Assembly: GCA_963745835.1 (NCBI GenBank)
Contig: CAVUZH010000019.1
Coordinates: 448,001 to 512,000, forward strand
Direction of reading: 5' to 3'
Length of the DNA stretch: 64,000 bases
From: an uncultured delta proteobacterium
Lineage (GTDB): Bacteria; Desulfobacterota; Binatia; UBA9968
Every line of letters begins with the position of its first letter. Position 1 is the first letter of the stretch. The notes below the pieces were generated by a model. The model did no database searches, had not been told where the DNA came from, and worked only from the letters and a program-made list of their open reading frames with translations. Below are positions 52,500 to 61,558 of this stretch, piece by piece. Made by a program: the position numbers and the translations under genes.

Positions 52500-53342
52500 C
52501 TAACCGGATTTCTTCATCCGATGACGGTTTAAAAAGTCAAGGTAAATGGCGTTTGCGACTTCAGGCTTCTGCCAGAGATATCCATGATTGCAGCCATCAA
52601 CAGTTTGGAATTCGGCTACTTGAATTCCTGCCAGCAAGGCTTGGCAGGAAGCTACGTGCGAAAATGTACCTGACATATGGATATCGCCAGCGCCGCAAAT
52701 GAGCAAAGTCGGGCACTTGATTTTGTCCAGCAGTTTGCTGGTTTCGTGCTCCTGACGTGCCAGCATATGCCTCAGATAGGCGCGCGCAGGCGTTGGATAT
52801 TTCAGATTGGCGTCCCTAAGACGACCTACAGCCGTGGGATGTTCCTTAACGAATTCCGCAGGAAACATGAATTTGCTCTCATGGAAATCGCGCATGTAGT
52901 TGTCAAAGCCCTGTTCCATCATTTGAGCACAGGTTCCAAAGGGAAGGCCTCGTTCGAAGGTGTATCCCTTGACTTCACCTGGACCGGTGCTGGATAGAAT
53001 CAGACTCGCCACAGCTTCAGGGTGGTCAATCGCCAACCATTGAGCGACTCGTCCTCCCATAGAGTGGCCTAAGATGTGGGCGCGCGCGATGCCCAGTCCT
53101 TGCATTAGGTCAAAACAGTCCTCAGAAAACATTCGGGTTGAGTAATGCGCGTCGGGCTTGTCACTTTGCCCGGTGCCCCGGAAATCCCAGGTGACCACCT
53201 GAAAGTGATGGCCAAGCTCAGGGAGTTGAAAGTACTTCCAGTGCTCACCGGAATTACCGGTACCGCTCAGAAGCACAAGGGGCTCACGATCCCCATGCAG
53301 CTCATAAAAAATATTAATGTCGTTTGCGCGGAGTGTAGGCAT
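52500..53342 (-). CDS. Alpha/beta hydrolase
   Basis: DFRGTGQS, GHSMGG, catalytic His in CNHG. Confidence 0.85.
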   Translation of the reverse strand: MPTLRANDINIFYELHGDREPLVLLSGTGNSGEHWKYFQLPELGHHFQVVTWDFRGTGQSDKPDAHYSTRMFSEDCFDLMQGLGIARAHILGHSMGGRVAQWLAIDHPEAVASLILSSTGPGEVKGYTFERGLPFGTCAQMMEQGFDNYMRDFHESKFMFPAEFVKEHPTAVGRLRDANLKYPTPARAYLRHMLARQEHETSKLLDKIKCPTLLICGAGDIHMSGTFSHVASCQALLAGIQVAEFQTVDGCNHGYLWQKPEVANAIYLDFLNRHRMKKSG

Positions 53343-53444
53343 TTAAGTTTCTCCTCGTATTTAGTGGCTCAATGGTTTTTGATTGCCAGAATTGAATCAT
53401 CAAATCAAATATATTAAATCTGATGATTCCATAGATATTCATTT

Positions 53445-54331
53445 ATGCCCTCGATTCCTTCTCTTCACCTTCTCAAGGTCTTCCTGCGGGTCGTCAATGA
53501 GCGCGGTATCTCCAAAGCCGCGGCCGCCCTCAACGTAAGGCAGCCTTCGGTTTCCATGCAGATTCGTCAACTCGAAACCACCTTCGGGGTGAAATTGCTC
53601 GATCGTCTTGGGCAAGAGATCCATCCAACCCAAGCAGGAATGATGTTACGAGAATACGCGACGAAGATCCTTGACTTGGTTGATCACTTGCACGCCGACA
53701 TGGCGAATCTGCAGAACTTGAGAACCGGCCGGCTGGTAGTGGGTGGGAGTAAAGTACCAAGTGCTAGAAGATTCCTCTGGCCATTGCAACGTTTCAAAAG
53801 TTGTACGGGCAAACAGAGATTTTGATGGAAGTGGCAAGCAGCGATGCTGTGGAACAATGGGTTCTTGAGAACCACGTTGATTTTGCAATCGTCGTAGGCG
53901 ATCCCGTCGCACCTCAAATCGTGGAAGAACCGTTTTATAAGGAAGATTGGTACTGTTCTACCACCCAAACACCCCATGGAGAAAAGGAGATAGGTATCGG
54001 CTTATCAGATCTCAGAAATGCGCTTGTTTCTGCCGCACGATGGACGGGTGAAGACATATATTGAGAACTGCTTTGCAGAAAAAGGAATACCGCTCAATCG
54101 GAGGGTATCTCTCGGATCGATGGATTCAGTTAAGACTGCGATTGGTGCCGGATTAGGGGTATGGATCATGGCCAGATCGACAGTCGAAAGAGAAGTAAAA
54201 ACCGGTTTGCTATTGACAAAAGACTATGCGATCTGGAACTGAAGTATCCGGTAAACATCAACTATCATAAGGATAAGCATTTTTCCCGGCTAGCCACGGA
54301 ATTTCTTGCTGTTCTTAGAGAGTCTGTCTGA
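53445..54331 (+). pseudogene. LysR family regulator, multiple frameshifts
   Basis: HTH KAAAALNVRQPSVSMQIRQLE; substrate domain continues in ORFs 53801 and 54018. Confidence 0.78.
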
Positions 54332-54658
54332 ACGAGAATCTCACCCCGATTACCCTACAGCTCGTTGAGAAACAGAGATCGTGAAACGATCGCGATTACT
54401 TATACCCGGGATCAGGTTATACCGGGGATCAAGCGAGGGATGAGATATGCGATCTTCACTGGAAAATCGGCCTCGGTGATGATGCCGTTATCGATGAGCA
54501 GCTTTTGCCGCGTCGGTTTGCGGCTAAATTTGCAACCAACTCGAGACGGCATGAGCCACGCGGCGAAACGCTATCAGGTTGCTGATCTTATAAACGGAAT
54601 GGCCTCCGCGCGACCGGCTGTGGTACACCGGCGGAGACAAAACCTTAGGAGGCCAGCG

Positions 54659-55660
54659 ATGGAACATTTTGTTGGTATCGATTTACACAAGTACGTATCA
54701 CAATTGGCTGTGTTGAGGGAAAGCCGATCTCCTTCACAGTTACGTTTGGCGAATGATGTTGTGACGGTGGAACGGATTTTAAAGAAACTTCCCGAGGGGA
54801 GCAAGATAGCGGTAGAGGCGATGGGTTCGTGGTGGTGGATGGTTGAGCTAGTGCAAAAGACTGGCCACGAAGCGTTTTGGTCGCATCCAAGCAGACAAGG
54901 CGTTCGGTCAGCGCGATTGAAGTCCGATAAGGTCGATGCTTGGATATTGGCCAAGTTACTTAAGGCCGATCTGCTTCCCGCGGTGTAGATCCCTCCTGAA
55001 AACCAACGTCATATTCGCGAGCTTCTGACCCACCGGGCGCGCCTGGTGCGTCAACGAACCGCTGTGATCAACGAACTGCGTGCGGTTTACGCCAAGCGAA
55101 ACATCGATCCTCAAGCCAAGCTTCAGCGGGCCGAACCCCAAGTCTCGGGAGCCGAGGATCTCAGCGGCTATGCTCCGAGGATTGTGGGAGAAGATGTGGA
55201 GCTTTTGGGGTTTGTCAATGGGCAGATTGGAGGACTGGACAAGGAGTTGATGAAGATCGCTCTTGAAGATGGCTCGGCTAAGCGGCTGATGACGATCCCG
55301 GGGGTGGGAGCGGTGAGTGCGGTGGCGATGAGCTGCTGGATTGGCGAGATTGCTCGATTTTCTAATGCGAAAAAGTTGGCCAGCTACTTTGGGTAGGCGC
55401 CGCGGGTGCGCCAGAGCGCCGACACCGAACGCCATGGACATATCACCAAAGAAGGCGATCGCATGGTGCGCTCTCTGGTGATCCAAGCCGCCCTGGTGTA
55501 TACGCGAAGGGGTAAAGGCCTGAGCGTAGCATTATTTGGGGTGCTTAAAAGAAGAGGCAAGCCGATTGACCGGGTGGCGGCGGCCAACAAACTGTTGGGC
55601 GTGATTTTTCATATGCTCAAAGAATGCATCGACTATCAGGAATCCTCAGGCGTAGCGACG
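54659..55660 (+). pseudogene. IS110 recombinase (DEDD plus Transposase_20) with in-frame TAG stops
   Basis: FVGIDLHK, AVEA, KSDKVDA, LMTIPGVG, RQS; TAG at 54986-54988 and 55394-55396; 3' end approximate. Confidence 0.85.
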
Positions 55661-55664
55661 CACA

Positions 55665-55800
55665 GTGAGGCCGTACTTGTTCATGGTCGTAAGACCGAGT
55701 TGCTGATTGGGCAGCTGTGCCTCTCCAGAGGGAGAACCGCCGGATTTAAGATATGCGCTTTTAAAGGGCGCGAAGAGATGAGTGGGTCGCTACCCATACG
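55665..55800 (+). ncRNA. Putative bridge/seek RNA of the IS element
   Basis: Two guide-hairpin-guide modules matching the target (cttgttca, gttgctga) and the donor junction (taagat, agagatga); boundaries approximate. Confidence 0.72.
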
Positions 55801-55972
55801 TTGATCAGCCCGGCGATCAGAGCCGAAAAGGGGAATACCGGGAGTCATATTAAACTGAGATAGTGCGTTATAAGCGAAATACGGAGGTCTTTTTTTGAGA
55901 AATCATTGCAAAACAAAATCAAGCTGTAACCCGCTTGACTGAGCCGTTCCGTTTAGAGATGAAAAAGCCTTT

Positions 55973-56114
55973 GCGGGTTGCTCAAAAACCAAAGACGGGA
56001 CGCGCTACGAACCGTGATCGTTTCCCGTGAAAATCCACACGAGCATGACACGCTTCAGGATCCGATCTAGTGGGGCGACGCAACGAAGCTAATCGATGTT
56101 TTTCAGCGGCCCGT
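55973..56114. repeat. Palindromic element, same family as 47253-47376
   Basis: gcgggttgctcaaaaac ... gcaacgaagc ... gtttttcagcggcccgt. Confidence 0.7.
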
Positions 56115-56536
56115 TAGGCGCCTGATCGGAGACTGCCATAAAGGCGCTCGGGGGTAATGAGAACCAGATTTCTCTCTTCCTCACGCATCTGCCTGGCGAA
56201 TTCCTCGTCCGTTCCTTTGGGGGCGCGGCCCATGGCCGTGTAGAGCTCCTTCAGCCGCTTGATATGCGCTGGCGTGTCTTGCCACGGCTCGATGGAGGTC
56301 GGGCCCTCGACGGTGACATAGCGCCGCGTGTCGAGCTTGATCACTGTGATCGTCGCCCGGCCCGTTCTCTGAATGTTCTTGATTTTTACCGTCCATCCGC
56401 GCGATGCAAACCCGACCTTACCATCCAATACGGCGGTCGAGACGACGGTCGACTGCGCACGGCCGTTGGGCATGACGCTGATCGCGACGCCGGTGTGATT
56501 TTCTTGCAATAAGGGGAGCGCTTCTTTCCATTCCAT
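56114..56536 (-). CDS. Pyridoxamine 5'-phosphate oxidase-like (PPOX class) protein
   Basis: NGRAQSTVV, KIKNI.R, YVTVEG, MREEER..V.ITP. Confidence 0.75.
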   Translation of the reverse strand: MEWKEALPLLQENHTGVAISVMPNGRAQSTVVSTAVLDGKVGFASRGWTVKIKNIQRTGRATITVIKLDTRRYVTVEGPTSIEPWQDTPAHIKRLKELYTAMGRAPKGTDEEFARQMREEERNLVLITPERLYGSLRSGA

Positions 56537-56826
56537 CTAAATCGTTCCTCCGAACTTTGAAGTGTTGGGGGCCCTCAACCACGATGAACTCGGAACCTAT
56601 AACGCTGCATGCGACAATCAGTCAAGCCGGATTGCGGCTGATTTTTTGGAAGCGCTCGCTGCGGGGGTGAGACATGATAATCGTAAATTTTTTTTCCGAA
56701 CCTTACTTAGCGGGAAGTGCAGACTTGTCGAGAGACTCATCTATCCGTCATCACAGACGGTGTTGTAAACTTGTCCGTAAATCGTGAGTGGAATCGATTT
56801 GATGAAGTCGTCGTCGAACCGTACAA

Positions 56827-57822
56827 CTAATTTCCATAAAGTTTTTTGATGAAGCCGCTGTCCTCGATTTCTTTCAAGATCGACGGATCGATGAAGTCTC
56901 CGGGGTTGAGATTTTTCATCTGCGGCCGGGTTTTGGCGAGTTGATCGATGATGGTCTGAATTCCTTCGCGGTCCGGATAAGGGACCCGGCGAATCAGTCG
57001 CTGCGACATCTCGTCGTAAGCCACTTGCACCAGGGATAGATCGTCGAGCCGGGTATATTTTTTCAGCACGTTCAAGGCGACATCTTTGTTGGTTTTGAAG
57101 ACAAAGATTCCCTCGAGATAGGCCTTCATGAATCGGACGGTGACGTCGCGATTGGCCTGGATGAAGCTTTTTCGTGCGCCAAAACCGTGCATCGAATAAG
57201 CCACGCCGAGCTGGCTCAAGTCGGCGACAATGGTCGAGCCCTGCCGCTGGGCCAGTGTCGCGAAAGGCTCGGACAAAACGACGGCGTCCACCGCTTTGTT
57301 TTGTAGCGCCAGAAACTCTTCCTGCTCGCCGCCCACCTGAATAATCGCCACGTCTCTGTCGGGAACCAGGCCCCAACGCGTTAGCGCATAGCGGATTGAG
57401 AAATCGCTGGCGCCGCCCAACCGGGAAATACCGACTTTTCTTCCCTTTAGCATCTCGGGCTTTTTGATTTCCGGACTGCCGAGAATCTTGAACACGAAAG
57501 TATTGAGAGTCGCGGTGAGACCGACGAAGTCGCCGCCGCTGACATTAGCGTTGATGTTGGCGACGCCGGCGCTGGTGATGAACTGAATCTCACCGGCGAG
57601 AGCCGCCTGAACCGCGCGCGAGCTCACCGGCACAAAAAGAATTTCAGCGTCGACGCCGTGTTTCCGCGGCAGCTCGAGTTCCTTCATGATGTAAACCGGA
57701 TCGAATTGGATGCCGATTGAAGTATAGGCAGCGCGGATTTTGGGCAGGCTTTGCCCGAGCGCCTCTGCCGCGAATGCGACAACGAAAGCAAACCCGATCA
57801 GCAAGCCTTTCACTTTCAACAT
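56827..57822 (-). CDS. NitT/TauT-type ABC SBP
   Basis: Signal peptide; LKGRKVGISRLGGASDF; FIDPSILKEIEDSGF. Confidence 0.85.
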   Translation of the reverse strand: MLKVKGLLIGFAFVVAFAAEALGQSLPKIRAAYTSIGIQFDPVYIMKELELPRKHGVDAEILFVPVSSRAVQAALAGEIQFITSAGVANINANVSGGDFVGLTATLNTFVFKILGSPEIKKPEMLKGRKVGISRLGGASDFSIRYALTRWGLVPDRDVAIIQVGGEQEEFLALQNKAVDAVVLSEPFATLAQRQGSTIVADLSQLGVAYSMHGFGARKSFIQANRDVTVRFMKAYLEGIFVFKTNKDVALNVLKKYTRLDDLSLVQVAYDEMSQRLIRRVPYPDREGIQTIIDQLAKTRPQMKNLNPGDFIDPSILKEIEDSGFIKKLYGN

Positions 57823-57982
57823 GGTTCCCTCCGTAATCCGTCAAACGATCGGGTATCACCGGCGCTCGCATGCGTCAAGACAATCATCTCTTATTGAGGA
57901 TCGGGCTTCTTGTTAGTTGTTGGCTCTCCTTCGCTAGTCGGAAGATGCAGCGCCCGCAAGCGGCTGATGGATGTGCGAAGCT

Positions 57983-58405
57983 TTAAGACGATTGAGCGGC
58001 GACGCTGACCATCCAGCCGAGGCCGAAGCGGTCGGAGAGCATGCCGAAACGGGGCGACCAAAAGGTCTTGCTTAGCGGCATCTGTACCTGCCCACCTTCA
58101 GCGAGAGCGGCGAAGACCCGATCCGCCTCAGCTTCATCCGCCACCGTAAGCGATAGAGAGAACCCTTGAAAAGAGGGTGCGCCTTCACATCGGCCGTCGG
58201 AGGCCATCACCATCGTATCGCCGATGCGCAGGCAAGTGTGCATGACTTTATCCTCGGAACCGGGTGGAATCATGCCCGGCTGTGGCGGTTCAGGGCTGTC
58301 TTTGAAACGCATGAGCATCATGACCTCGACGCCGAGAGTCTTCTTGTAAAAGTCGATTGCTTCCTCGCACCTGCCAGCGAAAAATAAGTAGACTTGGACT
58401 TGCAT
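57983..58405 (-). CDS. VOC/PhnB family protein
   Basis: YLFFAGRCEEAIDFY, MASDG, TFWSPRFGMLSDRFG..WMV. Confidence 0.87.
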   Translation of the reverse strand: MQVQVYLFFAGRCEEAIDFYKKTLGVEVMMLMRFKDSPEPPQPGMIPPGSEDKVMHTCLRIGDTMVMASDGRCEGAPSFQGFSLSLTVADEAEADRVFAALAEGGQVQMPLSKTFWSPRFGMLSDRFGLGWMVSVAAQSS

Positions 58406-58467
58406 GGCATCTCCTTTCTTTTTCCTGATTGCGCATTGCAAAACTTTTCAATGTTTGATTCCTATTC

Positions 58468-58603
58468 TTGTTGTTTGAAACTCTGCCCCCGCCATCAATT
58501 CTCAGGCGCAAGCGCGAGGCGGTCTAAGAGCGAAGTCGTACAGTTTAGTATGTTGACAAAAGCCGGAAGCGGCAAAGCTATTAGGTTTTTTCAGCAACTT
58601 GTT
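58468..58603. repeat. Degenerate copy of the palindromic element
   Basis: cgtacagtttagtatg central hairpin; ttttttcagcaacttg right end. Confidence 0.55.
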
Positions 58604-58995
58604 TGCGGAGGCGCTCCTCTTGCTCCCTAAGCTCGGCGTTAATTCGGCGCCAAAATCCTCCGCTTCGAACACCTGACGAATCTCAACTTCGGTGTCGTCG
58701 AATGGGCGCGCTTTAGCCATTCGATCGCTTCGTCCTTCGATTTCACCTGCCAGATCCAAAAGCCGGCTATGAGCTCTTTACTTTCGGCAAACGGCCCGTC
58801 GATTAAGATTCTTTTATCGCCTGAGAACTTGATGCGCGTGGCCTTGGAGCTCGGATGCAGCCCCTCACCCGCGAGCAGCACGCCGGCTTTCGCCAGTTCC
58901 TCATTGAATTTGCCCATCTCGGTAAGCATCTGTTCGCTCGGTATCATCCCTGCTCCGGATTCATTGCTCGCCTTTACCAAAATCATAAAGCGCAT
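58581..58995 (-). CDS. YciI/DGPF family protein, frameshifted in its 3' part
   Basis: GEGLHPSS, DGPFAESKELIAGFW; EIRQVFEAEDFG and REQEERLRKQVAEKT* in other frames. Confidence 0.82.
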
Positions 58996-59062
58996 TTTCG
59001 TGCCTCCTTTTTTATATCAGGCCCGAACTGTTCAAGGGTATCAACCCGGATTCTATCTACTT

Positions 59063-59089
59063 GACGAAGGAGAGGTCGCCAAATGGACA
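59063..59089 (-). promoter_or_regulatory. Putative ECF sigma (ECF42-like) promoter
   Basis: TGTCCA-N17-CGTC on the minus strand upstream of the DGPF gene. Confidence 0.5.
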
Positions 59090-59188
59090 TCCCGTCCGCG
59101 AGGCAAATCAAAAATTAGATACACACGCGCGAGATCTGCCGGACGCCGTGGCCAATTCAAGACGTAATCTCCGACCTAAACGTGAATA

Positions 59189-59875
59189 TCAACGTGCCAC
59201 GGTCACAGAGTAGGATTGCGCACCCTGCGGCAGCAAAGCGGTCGTCCTCGCTACATCAGCGCGGGAAAAGATCTGGAAATGTTGGCGATCGATAAAGTCA
59301 TAATCGGCAGCAAGCCGGTAACCTGCGGATTCCATTTCCCGTCGGACCTCTTGTTTTGTCGTTCCATGGCCGAGCAAACCGGAAAAAAACCCTTCGGCGT
59401 GAAAATCCAGGATCGCCACTTTGCCGTCAGGCTTGAGGTAGCGTGCCAGTGACTGAAAGTATGCTACGCGATCTTGCATATGATGGTAGGTATCGCAGCT
59501 AAACACGAGATCCACAGGCTCAGGGAGGTTGGCGTCATCGGGTTCGGCGCGGATAGGCACGACATTCGTTACTCCTCGGGACTTCATTTCCTTCTCGATG
59601 ATCGCCAAAGCGGTGTCGTCGATTTCAACCGCATAAACTTTTCCTTGCGGTCCAACCGCTGCAGCCAGATACCAGGTGAAGTAACCGCCGCCCGCGCCCA
59701 GATCCGCCACTCGCGCTCCTGGTTGGATATCAAGCCTTTCGACGACCTGTTTAGGTTTTTGCCAAGGATCTCGGGCAGGATCATTCATCTGCCGGTATCC
59801 CCACTCGGCACAACCGGAAAGCCATACGCTTACGATCAGTAATGCGCTTAAGGACGTGTTCGAAAAGGCCTTCAT
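59189..59875 (-). CDS. Class I SAM-dependent methyltransferase, probable lipoprotein
   Basis: VADLGAGGGYF, VYAVEI, LKPDG; LSGC lipobox. Confidence 0.82.
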   Translation of the reverse strand: MKAFSNTSLSALLIVSVWLSGCAEWGYRQMNDPARDPWQKPKQVVERLDIQPGARVADLGAGGGYFTWYLAAAVGPQGKVYAVEIDDTALAIIEKEMKSRGVTNVVPIRAEPDDANLPEPVDLVFSCDTYHHMQDRVAYFQSLARYLKPDGKVAILDFHAEGFFSGLLGHGTTKQEVRREMESAGYRLAADYDFIDRQHFQIFSRADVARTTALLPQGAQSYSVTVAR

Positions 59876-60136
59876 CGTCTCTCTTTTTTGTAAGGAGTCC
59901 ACCAAGATAGACTATATCGTGCGCAAGCGGAGTTAAACTCCGGTGAAAGATTTAACTGCCAGTCTTCCCACCAGAATTAAAATGCGTTGACGCGTGGAAA
60001 ATGATCAGGGAGTTCCGAACGAGTTTATGGATCGCCGGGATTTAAGATGGAGAAACGAAAATTGGCGCGCTTCAGCGTGGTGCATTCATGCGCCATCAGC
60101 AAGCTGCTTTTAAATTCTGAAGTGGTTCATCCACGT

Positions 60137-60424
60137 TCACAAACCGGCTTTGTTCGATCTTTTGACGTCCCGATGAAAGTAGAGAACCGTGAAAAAGACT
60201 GCCGAGAAAAAGAGCGAGTTGGTGATCCCGAATACCACTAGAACTGGATCCGGAGACTGCAAGCTTGACGGCAGCATGGCGATGACAAGCTCCAGACGCC
60301 GATCAGCCAAACCATTCTGATATCTCCGGAGGACCGGCGACGGATGATTCGGAGTATCAGGGGAATATTGAAGAGCGGCATGATAATACCGCTGAGCATT
60401 CCAATGATTTGAAATTATCCGCAT
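60137..60424 (-). CDS. Possible small membrane protein
   Basis: 95 aa ORF with hydrophobic C-terminus; no recognisable motif. Confidence 0.3.
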   Translation of the reverse strand: MRIISNHWNAQRYYHAALQYSPDTPNHPSPVLRRYQNGLADRRLELVIAMLPSSLQSPDPVLVVFGITNSLFFSAVFFTVLYFHRDVKRSNKAGL

Positions 60425-60489
60425 AAGCCTTACGGATTAGAGTTTCTACAGAGCTGATGTTGCCAGCTCCTCAACGGCGAATCACGGAC

Positions 60490-61497
60490 TTACGGCTTCC
60501 AAGCCGTTTTGTTCAGCTGCTGCTCGGCCTGCAATGCGAACGTGAAATCGTAAGCTCGATTGCTGGGCACGGGTTGGCTGGCGTTTACCACTTCTCGGAT
60601 GATATCGAGGTCATTTTTCTGCGCTTCTTCATCTACGGCGCCGTTGCGCGTAAACGTGCCGATCAAGTCTTCATAAACACGGGTCGCTTGTTGTTGTGAA
60701 ACACCGGCAAATTTCATCATCGCTGCGACAGTCCCTTCCTTGTCCTGGCGCATGTAGCGCAAGGACTTCAGAGCGGCGCGAACAAAGCTGCTGATCATCT
60801 TGGGGTTTTCCTTGATGAGCTTGTCGGTGGTGGACAATGTTCCCCAGGAATTTTTCACTTCGTTGCCGAAGAAGAACATCTCCCGCATGCCCTTGTCGAG
60901 ACCGACGTAGCGCTGCTCGACGCTGAGCACCGCCGCGTCCATGGTGCCCGCCAGTAATGCCGTCAATTGATTTCCCTGGCCTACGTCTAGATAGAGCGGG
61001 TCCTTGTTTCCATCAAGCCCGTGTTTGTTGAGAATCTGCTTGAGCATGAAGGTCGCGATCGCCGCCACGCCGGTTGTGGCGATCCGTTTGCCCTTGAGAT
61101 CTTTCGGATGGGTTAGATCGGGACGGGTCAGGAGCCATTGCAGAACACGATCGTTGGTCGCCAGGACCACCTTGAGAGGCGCATTCGCACGAGCGATGCT
61201 CACCAGAGCGCTCGAACCCGCCCCGGTAAATTGAACATCCTCGCTGAGCATGGCTTGGATGCTGGTGGTCGGGGCGATATAAATCACCCGCAGGTCGATG
61301 CCCTCCTCTCTCATGTAGCCCTTCTGCTGTGCGATCGGATAGATCACCATTTGAAAACTCTTGGCGGGTATTGCCACATTGACGACCTGGAGCGACTGAG
61401 CGCCGGCCGGATCCTGGTCGAAGGACATTATCGAACAGACTACAGCGACAACGAGGCACCGGGCCAAAACCCTCGTCACATTCACCGACTTTTTCAT
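60490..61497 (-). CDS. NitT/TauT-type ABC SBP
   Basis: KGYMREEGIDL, DLKGKRIA, YDFTF. Confidence 0.85.
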   Translation of the reverse strand: MKKSVNVTRVLARCLVVAVVCSIMSFDQDPAGAQSLQVVNVAIPAKSFQMVIYPIAQQKGYMREEGIDLRVIYIAPTTSIQAMLSEDVQFTGAGSSALVSIARANAPLKVVLATNDRVLQWLLTRPDLTHPKDLKGKRIATTGVAAIATFMLKQILNKHGLDGNKDPLYLDVGQGNQLTALLAGTMDAAVLSVEQRYVGLDKGMREMFFFGNEVKNSWGTLSTTDKLIKENPKMISSFVRAALKSLRYMRQDKEGTVAAMMKFAGVSQQQATRVYEDLIGTFTRNGAVDEEAQKNDLDIIREVVNASQPVPSNRAYDFTFALQAEQQLNKTAWKP

Positions 61498-61558
61498 TGA
61501 ATACTCCCGATTGGCGCCCGCTCTCTCCGATGAGAGAGCGGGTGATAGAAAGGATGAC

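Larger units (their letters stand above)
54586..55962 (+). mobile_element. IS110 family (IS1111-group-like) insertion sequence
   Basis: Subterminal IRs taaacggaatggc (54591-54603) / gccgttccgttta (55943-55955); TGA core at both junctions; short left end and long right non-coding end. Confidence 0.85.

Noticed and set aside
54365-54658. N-terminal extension of the transposase ORF
   Set aside because: It crosses the IS left boundary; the aggagg RBS precedes ATG 54659.
54986-55396. TAG readthrough (pyrrolysine or recoding) in the transposase
   Set aside because: The TAGs sit where Trp and Leu are expected (single substitutions), the ORF also appears to have indels, and TAG ends normal genes in this window.
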